Shown piece after piece: positions 35,911-48,430 of a stretch of 64,000 nt of DNA. The stretch's first letter is position 1. Every line of letters starts with the position of its first letter. Below the pieces are notes generated by a model. It had not been told where the DNA came from. It searched no databases and worked only from the letters and a program-made list of their open reading frames with translations. A program made the translations under genes and the position numbers. This stretch comes from Paraspadella gotoi (Eukaryota > Animalia > Chaetognatha), in NCBI GenBank assembly GCA_051294375.1, contig CM119265.1, forward strand, positions 24,549,605 through 24,613,604. The letters run 5' to 3'.

Positions 35911-37427
35911 GAGAGAGAGAGACTGATAGAAATATAGACAAAAATCACAGACAACAAACAGAGAAGGACAGAAAACCTGATCAATAGAAAGTCGAACACA
36001 GACAAAGCAAAGGTCATTCAAACAAAATGATAGACAGACGGAAATACAGACAGACCGACTATTGCACCCACTTGAAATCGACGCTGTCCCCGGCGAAATA
36101 CTTGGTCGCGCATTCGACGGTAAATTCCTGTCCGGGCGTTTTGATCGTCCCTTCGAAGAGACCGTCTCCTGTCAGGACGCCGTGCACGTACGAGGTTTCG
36201 TCGTCTGGAATTTGAAAAAAAAATGCGTACGTGATATGTTTCGAACTAAGTTTTGATTTTGAAATTTACATGGAAGTATTTTCAGGAACGATTCAATTAT
36301 TGAATCGAGGAAGTGAAGAAAAAGTCAGTAAAGTTTAACTCACCTTCCAAATATCCTTTGTAGGCACGGTGGGTGTCGTAAGAAAAAGGTCCCTCAGAAT
36401 TTTCAATGACGACGTCTGCGTAAAAAATACGAAAATTTGTATTTTTAACTTTTTTCGATAAAATTTTTATGTAAATCTTTTTTATAGATTTCAATTTCGC
36501 GAAAGAAATATCTTCTTTTTGGAGAATTTCTTCAAATCGCAATTCATTGTATTTTCAATAGATTTTTGTTTTTATTTGTGTGCTAGTGAAAACTAAATTT
36601 TTCACACATTCACAAAAGTCCCTGTACGTATCCGGCATTAACAACCAACTGACGATAGAACCGTAAACTTGCAAAAAAAAAAAAAAAAAAAAAAACTGTC
36701 TCTCTTTTTCAAAAGCGCCCGATTTCTTTTTTTAAATCTTTAATCTGGATTTTATCAAACTAATCGTTTCTAACTTTAAATCTTAACTCCAACCCTTAAC
36801 CTTAAACGCTCGTCCCTAACCTCAATGCCTAACGCTAATCATTAACATAAAGCCTAACTTAATCCCAAACCTTTTAACATAATCTTCAAATCTAAATTCC
36901 AAATTCAACGTAAAATGGGGCGTTTTGGGAAAATAAGACCAAAAACTGACCCGGGGCAAAAACGCTCCCGTCCCTCTGCAGACGAAGTTTGAAGATTCGA
37001 CTGTGAGACGCGAAGTTGAAGGAGACGAAGTCGGAGTTGAGGTCCCACGGCACCGAGGTGGGCGTGGCGAGGCTCGGCGCCGCGGGGGTCGGCAGAGTGG
37101 CGTTAGAGTGGCGCCCGGAAAACCGGGAAGCGGCGTGGTTCGACGGCGCCGAGTCGTGGAAGGCGCTTCGTGGATTTCGACTGGAAAGATGAACAATTTA
37201 TGTACATGTTTCTTAGGTGGTAGTATAAATTAGGCATGAAATAATATTAAATGTCCGTTACCTTGCGGCGGCGGCGGCGGCGGCGGCGGAGAAGGCGGCG
37301 CGACGAGCTCGCTGAGGCTGCTGTTGCGCATTTGAAGCATCTCGGAGGCGGTGATGCTGTTGTTGCACGTCTGCCGCATCGTAGTAAATGGGTTCGAAGT
37401 GACGTATAAAATCGTTGAGGATGAGAC
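22602..37427 (-). CDS. ADAM10: Kuzbanian/ADAM10 disintegrin metalloprotease gene (>=21 exons; signal-peptide exon not located)
   Basis: Exons match Kuz/ADAM10 in order: prodomain [14 protein letters not shown], catalytic [13 protein letters not shown] / [16 protein letters not shown] / [19 protein letters not shown], disintegrin [17 protein letters not shown], Cys-rich [27 protein letters not shown] and tail. Confidence 0.95.
23870..24873 (-). CDS. ADAM10: ADAM10 cytoplasmic exons 24654-24873, 24334-24417, 24072-24258, 23870-23989
   Basis: Canonical GT-AG, consistent phases (2-0, 0-0, 0-1, 1-1), open frames. Confidence 0.75.
25096..25274 (-). CDS. ADAM10: ADAM10 transmembrane exon ((W)[15 protein letters not shown](I)FVKFC...), 1 nt short as assembled
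   Basis: Aligns with the ADAM10 TM HWW...LIMLMAGFIKIC; 179 nt between phase-2 junctions, so one base is missing near 25225-25232. Confidence 0.8.
26552..26594 (-). ncRNA. minimal hammerhead ribozyme (PLE-type) in an ADAM10 intron, sense to the pre-mRNA
   Basis: CTGATGA a GGCTT atacata AAGCC GAAAC ATGTC followed by AATAAA; stem I weak. Confidence 0.65.
27643..27750 (-). CDS. ADAM10: ADAM10 membrane-proximal exon (approx. LDPSGPL..LKRFLFS...WVLTHW), indel-noisy
   Basis: Matches Kuz VDPSGPLATLRKLL..HNW; ends CACTG|gt in phase 2, matching the TM exon. Confidence 0.7.
27731..28735. repeat. ~120-bp tandem array (~8 units); unit = whole ADAM10 intron plus flanking exon ends
   Basis: Minus-strand unit: AGAGAG|gtcgggga...ttttattcttttcag|TTGGATCTGTCCGGCCC. 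Confidence 0.85.
28730..30053 (-). CDS. ADAM10: ADAM10 disintegrin/Cys-rich exons 29953-30053, 29659-29723, 29358-29544, 28932-29036, ~28730-28842 (last one truncated after CDVF)
   Basis: [15 protein letters not shown] / [14 protein letters not shown] / [13 protein letters not shown] / [14 protein letters not shown] / [20 protein letters not shown]. Confidence 0.92.
30175..30342 (+). CDS. ADAM10: ADAM10 zinc-binding exon in inverted orientation, indel-noisy
   Basis: [36 protein letters not shown]; ctag acceptor and gtat donor on the + strand. Confidence 0.85.
30760..30942 (+). CDS. ADAM10: ADAM10 Met-turn exon in inverted orientation, copy 1
   Basis: [12 protein letters not shown](F)ARATSG(D)[27 protein letters not shown] with indels. 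Confidence 0.85.
31088..31268 (+). CDS. ADAM10: ADAM10 Met-turn exon in inverted orientation, copy 2 (after a 25-N gap; probable redundant assembly)
   Basis: Near-identical to 30760-30942 with different indels. Confidence 0.6.
31634..32159 (-). CDS. ADAM10: ADAM10 catalytic exons 31979-32159 and 31634-31712
   Basis: [33 protein letters not shown] / [26 protein letters not shown]. Confidence 0.95.
32640..33895. repeat. intronic complex repeat: 33-bp tandem repeat plus a foldback/satellite-like AT-rich element
   Basis: attacatcataatgtcatttacgtcatttt repeated; ttgaacgttcttgaacgtt..tatgaattagttcata block recurs 4 times; 33315-33500 is inverted relative to 33515-33600. Confidence 0.7.
34608..35869 (-). 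CDS. ADAM10: ADAM10 large exon: prodomain with ~370-aa low-complexity insert, furin site RRRR, start of catalytic domain
   Basis: SIMYSSSDV ... [43 protein letters not shown]; aag acceptor after (CT)n, gtggg donor. Confidence 0.92.
36072..37427 (-). CDS. ADAM10: ADAM10 prodomain exons 37262-37427, 36951-37180, 36344-36415, 36072-36204
   Basis: [17 protein letters not shown] / [23 protein letters not shown] / [21 protein letters not shown] / [23 protein letters not shown]; phases consistent. Confidence 0.92.
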
Positions 37428-38689
37428 CTGAAGGAATGAAGGAGGGAACGAATGAACGAATGAACGAATGAACGAATGAACGAATAAACGAATGAACGAA
37501 TGAACGAATGAACGAATGAAAAATTCCTGCATTTAAAGTAAATTTATTCAACTTTACTTGGTTTCTATTCAGGGACTCATCTGGGGTTTAATTAGCTTTT
37601 CTTGTTCGATGATGCAGGAAAAAAAGAATATAATTCGACCGTTAGACAATAATAATTTATGTTCTTGAGAAAATAATCTCACTATGAATATAAGTATATA
37701 AGTATATATAAGTATAATATCATACGGGCGGAAACGATCTTCTCATATATTCGTCTCGTTCTGAAATTAGATTTTTCTCTGAATCTCGCGAATGATGGAT
37801 AAAAGATTGATGAGGACAAGAGAATCCTTTTAGCCTAAAAATTAATGGGTTTCCATTTCTTTCTTTCTCTCTCGTCTGCCTCTTCTTTCGTTTGCTCTCA
37901 TCGTCTCTCGTTCCATCTCTCACTGCTCATCGTAATTTCCTTTCATCATTTAGTATTATTCGCGTTTGCTGGGTTTGTGTGTCTTTCATATCTTTTCAAT
38001 ATTTATTTTTCGCGTTTTGTCTTACACTTTCTAAATAATTAGTTATATCCTAGCTTAGCTTTTATATCATTCTTACCATTTAATTATTTATTTAATATTT
38101 CTGTTCTTCAACTAACTTCGATTTTGATAGCAAAGGCTGACGCTGAGCAAACGTTAAACAAAAATTCCGATGATGCTAATAATGCGAAAAAATGCGCTCA
38201 CTGGAACGCGGGGTGTAAGAAATCCCTTTAAACATTTTTATTTAGAAATGATCTTCTTTTTTTCTTTTTTTCTTTTTTTTTTCTTCTCGACCACTCATTT
38301 TGCTAATGACCTACTCGCCATTAAATAAAGAAGAAAGATTTATCATTGGCCAAAAGGAAAAAAGATTCATTTTTTTCACAGAATTTAAAAGATTTTGGGG
38401 AAACAGACCGGACCAGCTTGTGGCCACCTCAACACAACCAAGCCAAGCCACCTCCACCCGTACCAGAATCTCAAGCCGTCAACTCCATTTGATCTATTCT
38501 TTCCTAAAAAGACTTTTCGTTTTCCGAAATCCTGGATTTACGAAAATCCCCAACCTAAAGGAAGATCGGACGTTGATCTCTTTCGCATCACTTTCCTTTC
38601 CCCTTTTATCTCTCTCCGTTTGTGATTACTGCACTTCTTTTCTTCCATTGGTTTCCTTTTCTTTTTATTCTTCCTTTTCCTTCCTTTAA

Positions 38690-38780
38690 TTTCCTTTCCT
38701 TTCCTTTCCTTTCCTTTCCTTTCCTTTCCTTTCCTTTCCTTTCCTTTCCTTTCCTTTCCTTTCCTTTCCTTTCCTTTTCT
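38690..38780. repeat. (TTTCC)n microsatellite
   Basis: Directly visible; the same motif occurs as (GGAAA)n at 23675-23725. Confidence 0.95.
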
Positions 38781-41306
38781 TTCTTTTACTTATTCATCTA
38801 ATCCTTCTTTGCATTCCTTTTTATTCTATTTTCTAATGCGTTTTCATTCTTTCCTTCTTTTCTCCTTTCCTCCTTTTCTTTTCTTCTTTCATTCCTCCGT
38901 ATCTCCCTCCTTCCCTTTTCTCCCCGGATCAATTCTCCACCCGATCCTCATGACTTCAGCAGTTTTTATCCTTTCCTCTTTTATTTACACTATTTTTTTC
39001 TTTTTTCTTTTTTTTTCGTCTCCTCCCCGACCTTCTTTCACACCTCCTCCCTTCTAAGCTTCACCCTGAATCATACTTTCTTATATTTTTTTCTCTTCCT
39101 TTTTCACGGAATCAGGGTGAATGTGTGAATTTATTTTAAGTCACTTTTTCTTGTGTAGCTATATAATTTCTTTTTTCTTTCCGTCATAATATATGTGTTT
39201 TACAACAATTAGTTGAAACCGTACATTCAAAAGGGCATACAGCATTACATATAAACACCAAAATTGTACAATTTAACAAAATATAAATATTTAAATTAAC
39301 AGAGAGAAAAAAAAGAAATTAACTATAAGCTGACAAGATTTTTTAAATATTGTTTCTTGATTAAAAGTTTATAGATCTCCAGTACAAGCACAAATTTTGT
39401 AGATATCATTAAATCCAAATGAATAACCTTAATATCTTATATATCTTATGAATTACCTTATTGCTATCTATGCTATTACTCTATAACCGGTTTTTTTTGT
39501 TTTGTTTTGTTTTGTTTCTGTTTTGTTTTGTTTTTTTGCTATCCTAATCCCTTTTTCTTCTTCCTCTTCCTCCGACCCCGAGTTTCTTTGTCTCGCCTTT
39601 TTCTTTCTTTTCCTTTTCCATTCCTTTTTTTTTCTTCTTTTTTCTTTCTTTTCCTTTTCCATCCTTTTTTTTCTTCCTTTTTCTTTCTTTTCATTTTCCA
39701 TCCTTTTTTTTCTTCCTTTTTCATTCTATTTTAAGCTTAGTTTTCTTTTTTTTCTCAAAAGCGTCAAAGATGCGTAATTTTTACGTCGACCACGATTTTG
39801 TCTGGACGAACTTTTTCAGAGAAGAGATGAGCTTTTGAAACTAATAAGCCTTTGACTTCCTTTGTATAAGTCTTTCCTTTACTCTTAAAATAAATTTTTC
39901 TACTAAAAATCGTTGTTTGTAAACAAAATACAAAAATTTTATTCTCTCAAACTAATATTAGTTTATAAAATTTATTTAGGTTCTCATGTAAAAAGTTATA
40001 TACTGACTAAAAAGGCAAGTCGTGGCATTTTGAAAGTCTCCAAACACCCATACATTTTTGACGACGTCAAATATTTTATTCTTAAAAATTAGACGACGAC
40101 GACGACAACAACAGCGACGACGACAGCGAATCATTTTTTATAATTCGGGTCGAATCATCGAATTCTGAGTCGGCGAAGATAAAAAAAAATGTCGAGGCGG
40201 CATCTAAAACTTTTACCGACAACGACTTTTTTTCTAAGATCCCTTCCTCTTCCTCCTCCTACTCCTCCTCCTCCTCCTCCTCCTCCTCCCTCTTTATTTT
40301 CTCCTTTTTCCTCAAAATTGTTCCACTTAACCACGGATATTCACCCGCGCTTCCACAAAGAAAAACCAAAATATATATACATATATCGCCCTCACTTTAT
40401 CTCTCCCTTTTTTTTCCTTACCTTTTTTTTTCCCTCATTTTTAAACCGTTAACTCCGGCCAAGCATCGCCAAGCAATCTTAACCAAGCATCTCCGAGCGT
40501 TTCCAAGCTTATGCCCTCTTTTGGCTCTTTTAAGTTTTCATCGTCGTCGTCATGACAACGCAATCGGGAATCAACGTAAACAATAAACAATAATCTTCAT
40601 TATTCCGTCGTAGCTCATCGCATCAAACTTCATCGACACTCGTTGCCTTACCAACTTTAGACTCACCCATCTCATCTCTAAACTTTCGCCGCGACTCACC
40701 TCTGACCCCTTTTCGATCTCACCCTTCAACTATCCCGAAATGCATGACCCTTTTTTTAAGTTTTACGAAAAATTTCCCTTTTTTTTGACGTTTTGAGTTA
40801 AAACTCGTAAAACCGAGAGTGAAAAGCGACGTTTGACGAAGTCGGACGTCGGACGACGCGACCAGTCGCGACCTCTATTTACCTCGAGAGGTCATTGTCA
40901 CTCTTTATGGGTTGAACACTCTCCAATCTCACTTCTCTCCCCCTCTCTCCCCCCTCCCCATTCTTTACTCGCCTTTTACTTCGCCTGATATAATCTCTCT
41001 TCCGCCTCATCTTTCTACTCGCGCGCTCTTTCGGCCGAATTCGAGAATCAAACTTTTGAAAAAACAAAAGTGCACAACGCGAAAGTTATGTACCGTCTCT
41101 CCCTCCCGCTTAAGACCAAGACGAAAACAAAATAATTTGTTAATATATAACAACTCGGATTCATTTTGAAAACGAACTTACTTTGGATACTTTGGATACG
41201 AAATAGTCAGTGTTGAAGGAATGTTATGTTTGCATAAAACTGAAAAAATACGTCGAAGGTAACACATTATTAACCGTTTTAATAGTATGATTTAATTTGA
41301 CATAAT

Positions 41307-41407
<101 letters not shown>

Positions 41408-42053
41408 AATCATTCTGGGCAGGGTGTTCTTTGAAAAATTACATAAAAATCAGGAAATACTATTATCACCGACGAAAATAGCAAAATGGACCCCAAAAAG
41501 GATTTTTTTCACCAGAAAGACAACCGTGGTTTCGGCTTGGAAATTCTAAAAAACCAAATGCTATCAGTGCCTACGATATTGTGACGTCCGTGAAATAAGC
41601 CAGTAGTTTTTGTGGCATGTACTCATACGACGAAAGATTATTAAAGTAACCCCGGTAAATAAAGTATGAACGTCTTATTGAATATTTTTTGTTTAACAAT
41701 CTAATATTTATATTTAATATCAAAATCCAACAGAATCTCATAGGAACATTCGGTTTGCCTTCTCTTCGTAACTTCTCGCCTGAACTTGAAACTCGAATAT
41801 ATAGAGCGACATTCGTCCCGTTTTGAATCATCATACATTTTTTTTCTGATCGAACATATAATACTATACAGTATACATAGTACAATTTACAATATTACAA
41901 ACACTATTATTTACATTTGGTGGTTGGTGTCCACCAAGAGACGCGCCTTCATTGCACGCATTGTTGCGAGGCAGGAAAATAAAAACTGTTTCTATCACTT
42001 TTTCTCTAAAAAAAACTGGGAAATCTCTATCACCGAATCTGTGATAAAGAAAA

Positions 42054-42723
42054 ATGTCAAGTTGTTATCGTTGCTGCGGTTTGATCGTCAATTTTTTTCG
42101 GTTGGGAGATAAAAACGCCCCTAAAGGTAATCGGATATGAATTAATATCGTAAGTATAAATGACAATTTAAAAAAATAATAAATCTTTTCTTAACATAGG
42201 CTATGAAAAGTACGGTAAAAACTATTATTTGCGAGAGCCTTGTGTTTGGACTTTGATTCACTTTTTCGGCGTTTTACTCGGCTACAGCGGGTTAGCTTTA
42301 CTCATCCTCAGCCTCTTAAGGTAATTTACCTTCTTAATGTCTTATCTTAATTAATTTTGAGAAACAGTGTTCATTTGTTGAGAACAAGAAAGAAACTATT
42401 TTTCCGGAGACAGCGACATCTAACGTAAATCAATGAAAGTAATCAGTGTTTTCGGATTTCCCTTTTGTTTTAAAACTACTTTTCAGCGAAGAATGGATGG
42501 AAACTTCTCAATTTCGCGGCGGATTGTTTTCTCACTGCGTCGAAAACGTTACATTAGGATCGTATGACATAACCAAGGTTAGTTTCTTGACTCATGTATT
42601 AGCATAAAAAAATATTAACTAATTCTCCTTTTTTTCTTTAGCTTTGTACAGAAGAGCATTATCCGAAATGGCAAAACAGCGTGATCGTGTTGATTTTCTG
42701 CGGAGCTTTCTTTATATTTATCG
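42054..42723 (+). CDS. TMEM47/VAB-9-like PMP22/claudin-superfamily protein, first four exons (42054-42126, 42200-42320, 42487-42577, 42642-42723)
   Basis: Spliced: MSSCYRCCGLIVNFFRLGDKNAPKGYEKYGKNYYLREPCVWTLIHFFGVLLGYSGLALLILSLLSEEWMETSQFRGGLFSHCVENVTLGSYDITKLCTEEHYPKWQNSVIVLIFCGAFFIFI. TM1, W-x-GLF-xx-C-x-C loop signature, TM2; all junctions GT-AG and in phase. Confidence 0.8.
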
Positions 42724-42902
42724 GTAGGTTTTACCATTGAGAGAGAGATAAACAACGAAAGAAACTAAGAGAGCGAGACAGAGATCGAGACAGATTGAAA
42801 AACGGTCAAAGAAATGGTCTTGGTTGTCGTTTTTCTCAGTAAAATAGCTTTTCCGATTTCTTTGTGGTCATTGGCCTCTTGATCTCTGGGGAAGTTGCAG
42901 TT

Positions 42903-42952
<50 letters not shown>

Positions 42953-43429
42953 GATCGAATTCAATTGCGTCACAAACTCGATTGACCTCCTTTTATTCTC
43001 CTCCTCCTCCTCCTCCTCCTCCTCCTTTATCGTCGCCATCACAAATGAAATCCAAGATGGCCGCTAGGCGTCGAATTTCCTTTGTGGCTTTACGGATCGG
43101 AATTCATACTCAACGATAACATTGTTTTAACTAAAGTCACCGGTGTAAAAATAATATTAACATCTGCCTATTTTTTTTCAAGGTCTATTAAATCTAAATT
43201 GTAAATTAATACAAAATATATATAACTTTTTTGTAAATTCGCAGGTTAATAATTTTTTCAGCTTCATTTATCCTTTTTAGTATCTTGATTGTCATAAATA
43301 TCATCTCATCAATCCTAATACAGTACTCAAATCTATCAATGACATTCCTCCTCCTCCTCCTCCTCATTCTTTGTTTCTCCTCCTCCTCATTCAGTGCAGC
43401 ACCTCGTCTCTTCTCCTTTTCGCGTCAGT

Positions 43430-43548
<119 letters not shown>

Positions 43549-44026
43549 TCTTCCTCCACATCCGCCTCCGCATATCGCTTTCTTTCCTTCTTTCCTTCCT
43601 TCCTCCATTCTCTTTCCTTTCCTCCATTTTTCAATTTTCCTCCGTTTCGTCCTTTTGTATTTTTTTGGACTTCAACGTTGTACAACGAAATTCGATTCGT
43701 ATGTATTTTATTTTTTCGCCTGAATTATTTTTAAAACGTTTTTCTTAACAAATATAAGACATTTGATAAAAAAAAATAATCAGAGAGAGAGAGAGAGAGA
43801 GAGAGCACATAAAATTTTCAGCGTTTCTGCGTTCGTAACAGAGATACAGAGATCAATTTTTTATGAAATTGGTACAACCAATATAAATTAAACGACTGGA
43901 ATTGTCTTATGTTATTTTTTAAAACGCAACTTCTCGAACAATTTAATCCACAAACGCTACAAATTCTGTCGACCACTCTCCCACACCGCGCACATCCGGG
44001 ACGCCGGATTTTGCCCCTCGTCTGAC

Positions 44027-44086
<60 letters not shown>

Positions 44087-44464
44087 GGAAGAGAGAGAGA
44101 GAGAGAGAGAGAACTCCCACGCCGCAGCCGTACGCTGCGTCGCCGCGACTTTCCCGAAACCGTCGTCTATTTCGTTTGCGTCTCGATGCAGACATGAGGA
44201 TGAGGAGGAAGGAGGAGGAGGAGGAGGAGGAGGAGATTTCCGGTAGAAATGTTGAGTAGGAAAATCTCACCGAAATGATAACGAATGTGCTCTCTTTCAT
44301 TTTTCTCTCACTCTGTCTCTCTCTCGCTCTCATCGTTTCTCCCTCGCGTTTTTTTCTATTTCTGTACACATATTTTTTTCCCTATATTATTGCTTTCCTG
44401 ATCGTTTTTCTTAAGCATCTTGTGTGGGTGTGTGCCAAGAATTTTCTGCAAATTATTATATCTT

Positions 44465-44531
<67 letters not shown>

Positions 44532-44862
44532 AATTACATCGCGTGAGCCTTTATTCGCTCCCGCTCTCCTTCCAGCCTCATCCGCCCCTCCCCACTTTTT
44601 TCAGGAGCCCTGCTGTCCACCCTGGGGGTGGTGACTATCTCGCTGCCGGAAAAGCTCTACTTTTACCATTCCACGGCGGAATGCTATTTCGCCGGCGGGC
44701 TTTGCTTGCAAGGCGGCTTCGGGGCTTGGATCTTTAATGCGGGCGAGAATAGATTCTCCACCGTCGGGTGAATCAAGTTGTTGTTGTTGTTGTTGTTTTT
44801 GTCGTTGTTGTTTATTATAATTTAAGATGATGATGATGATGATAATATTGATGATGATGATA

Positions 44863-44894
<32 letters not shown>

Positions 44895-44901
44895 CATGAT
44901 T

Positions 44902-45803
44902 ATGATAAAAAAAGCGATCGCCCCCCCTTCCAGTTTCGGGTTCGTCTTCGGCATCGGCGCTTCTCTCCTCTTCCTCTTCGCCAGCGTCGTTATGGCGCTG
45001 GACGATGTCATGGGGAGTTGCAGGACGTCGGTTCTATTCACCAACGAAATGGTGAGATTGTGCCAGACTGTCGGTCCGTGAGACTGTGAAACTGGGGGAC
45101 TGTGAAGACTGGAAAATTTGGGAGTCTGTGAGACCGGGAGACTGTAGGACTGTGACTCCTCGAAATAAGTAAATAGTGACAGTGGGGTGTTTGCGTGTGA
45201 ACTATGATAATGAGACGAAATGAAACAGAATGATTTATTTCATTCCCATTTCAATCTATTTTCATTTCATTTTCTTCCCATTTCATCTTATTTTATTTGA
45301 TTCCCATTTTATTTAATTTCATTTTATTTTATTCTCATTTCATTTCATTCCCATTTTATTTCATTTCATTTTCTTTCATTATCATTTCATTTCATTCCCA
45401 TTTTATTTCACTTCATTTTCTTTCATTATCATTTCATTTCATTCCCATTTTATTTCATTTTACCCCAAACAGGCGAGCCTGAATTCCGCTCGGGCGCAAA
45501 GACCCGCGCCTGTCGCCGTAACGGCCGCGTCCAAAGCCTTTGCGTCGGCAACTCCTGCCGGTGCGGAGAGTGCCGGTGCGGCTAAGGTCGTCGGCAGCGG
45601 CAGCGGCAGCGGCGTCGGCGGAGGAGGCGGCCAGATAACCGAAACCGCCCTCGGTGGTCAAAGCCATCTGCAGAGGCTCGAGGAAGCCGCCCATTCTCAC
45701 CATCAGCCTCGTCTTCAACAGCAACATCGAATCTCCGACATCAGGGACGAGGATCTGGCCCTCCAGAGTCGCGCGGCCCACGAGGCTCGCCCGATTCTAC
45801 AGG
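44902..45803 (+). CDS. first two coding exons (44902-45051, 45473-45803) of an unidentified signal-peptide-bearing protein
   Basis: MIKKAIAPPSSFGFVFGIGASLLFLFASVVMA-LDDV..TNEM|ASLNSARAQRP..GSGSGSGVGGGGG..EARPILQ; gtgag/acag junction in phase 0; second exon GC-rich and open over 110 codons. Confidence 0.65.
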
Positions 45804-48304
45804 GTAATCCGCCTCAACCGGGTTTCGACTCCGAAGCGCCCGGTTAGAGGATCGTCTCTCAACTGGGGAAAAGAAGATGGGAGGATCCAAGCGCCGCTCA
45901 CAGTTATTTATTTATCGATATTATTATTATTATTATCATAAATATTATTTATTTTAATCGTTAATGGCCTCCCTAATGTTAAGCCGATCCGAATTCCTTA
46001 ATCAGCACCTAACAAAAAAAAAACATAATTAATCATTTTGATTTTCTTTTATTTTATTTTAATTATTTTTTTTTATGGGGGAGTGGGGCTAAATCATCAC
46101 TTTATAAAAAGCTACTCGCTCAAGGACATTTAAGAAATAATCATTTTATTTTTAGTTAAATTTTTTTATAAATTCTGTTTACAATATGTCCAAGTTACAT
46201 CCTAACGAATGCCTGTGTTTGTTGCATATAGATTTTAAACCCGCTTGAATATTATCTTTCACACGATCCTTGCAAAAACCCATGAGGCAAATTGAGAGAT
46301 TAGTTTTACGAAAAAAAAATAAGTTGGAAAAACAAACAAAAACAAAACAGCAAAACAAAAACGGAACACATTGATGGTTAGTTTAAAAATCCCACCAGTT
46401 GAAGCTGAGTAAACTTACCAGACCAGCATGAAAAAGTTGAGAGTATTTCAGGATTTCGTACGGAATGATCCAGACGTAAAAAAAAAATGACAAACACAAA
46501 CAGGAAAACAAAATGAAGACAAAAAAGAGTGAGAGGAATTAAAAAAAAGGAGAAAAAAAGAAGAAAATATTGAGAGAAATAATGGCCGAATTATTGCAAG
46601 TAAGAGAGTGTAGACTGCTTTTCCTTCAAAATCGAAGACACACAAAATAAGGTTAGAAGAGTCTCTCTCTTACTCTCACGATTTGTGAAGCCCTAGTCTT
46701 CTGTGAAAACGAAAGTTGAAAAAAAAGAAAGAAGAAAAAGTGAAAACAAACAGTCGAGGACTGAAGAAGATAAAAGACTCGATCACTGTGCTAGGATTTT
46801 CAGACCGAGAAGATCACTGTGACACCGTCGAGAAAAAAAAAGAAAAAACGGTGAAGTGATAAGAGACCGTTGGAGAGGAAAAGGAAAAAAAAACGGTCGA
46901 ACGATGTGAAAATTTGATACCGTCATTCAAAAACAATAGAAGGGGATAAAGAAAGAATTTCCCCTTTAAAAAAATCCCAATTACCAAAAAAAAAATATGA
47001 GAAGTTGATTATTGCATCATCGAACATTTATTCACGAAATTGAAGAAAAAAAACAAGAAAAAAAGAACAACTTATTATGACAAGGTGACAAGGTGACAAG
47101 GTGACAAGGTGACACCCCTTTTTTTGCTAACTGGAAGACCATGGGTTTGTTCGGGTTCTATTCACAGAACCCTAAATTGCATCACAGAATCCGTGATCGC
47201 ATCGCCGAGTTTGGTTTTGGTCTTGATGCGCTCAGAAACACAGAGTTCTCATTAAATTGGTGCAGACCTGGAAACCACCAGTTTTTTTGGGTAATGAAAT
47301 TTTCGTTGTTTCGTTTTTTTTTATTATTATTATTATCATTATTATTATTATTATTTTTACTTTTCTAAAATAAGAAAACAAATATTTCCGTTCTTCTTTT
47401 TCTTTAAACATTAAAAAAAACAAACTATAAATTGAAAAAGGAGACGTTAATTAGAAAATTAATAATTAATTGTAATTTTAAACAAAAAAAAAATCTCGAC
47501 TTAGACCTCACAGCTTTTGCAGGAACTCGGCTTGCCCGCTTTCGACTGCTGCTGTTATTATCAGGTCTCGCGCACACTTGTATGCCAACTCAAAACTTGT
47601 ATGCCAACTCAAAACAGAATAATCTATTCATCGCGTTCATTACGAAATTCTCATTGACTATGGCAAAACAATAAAAAGTTTTAAAAAAACTCAAAATTTT
47701 TAAGCGAAAAAAAAAATTTTACGTCAAAATGTCAAAAAAAATTGAAACTTTCTTTTACGAAAATAATTAGTTATTATATGATTTGCAAGAATTCGGATCG
47801 GCCGACACTTTAACGATTTTTAAAAACAAAGCACATTATTATTATTATCATTATGGTTATCATTATTTTTTCGCTTTTTTTACTTTTAGTTCCATCGTTT
47901 ATCGTTAAATGGGAAGAGAGAATGGTCGCTCGTATTTAAAAAGAAACGAACGTCCTTTTGTTTCGTATTTTGTAAACAAAACAAAAGGGAAAAGAATATT
48001 GTTTTTTTTTCACCGTCTTTCTCCGCCGAGAGACGGCAGACCAAAAATAATTAGTCTTCCAAATTTTGTTTTCCATTTTTAATTCTCTGCGTTCGTCGAA
48101 AGAAAATGGATTCGAAATTGAGAATTAAAATAATTGAAATTATATTATTAAAATCGACGAGCGATTTAGAAACATCCGGCGGTTCGCACCCTGTCTCGGC
48201 GCCGTTTCAAAACAAAAAAAAATAAAAGGTGAACCGATTTATTATTTATTTCTCGTTTCTCCGGTGTCAACCAAGAGAGTCAGTGCTGAATACCGTGTCG
48301 GATT

Positions 48305-48430
48305 AAATCCGGTTTTCTCACCGATCCGGGCCGGAAAATCCAGTTTTCTCGCCAAACTCTAGCGGAAGATTGGGTTTTCTCGCCGATCCGCGCCGGAAAA
48401 TCGAGTTTTCTCGCCGTTGAACGCCGGATA
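48305..48430. repeat. degenerate ~31-bp tandem repeat (ccggaaaatcgagttttctcgccgatccgcg) x~4
   Basis: Recurring gttttctc motif at ~31-bp spacing. Confidence 0.6.

Noticed and set aside
22602-37427. ADAM10 as a pseudogene
   Set aside because: Clean exons are highly conserved with intact splice phases; the lesions cluster in noisy, gap-adjacent sequence or homopolymers.
41520-41568. Possible fourth hammerhead on the minus strand (CTGATAG...GCCGAAAC)
   Set aside because: Core is mutated and the stems are not convincing.
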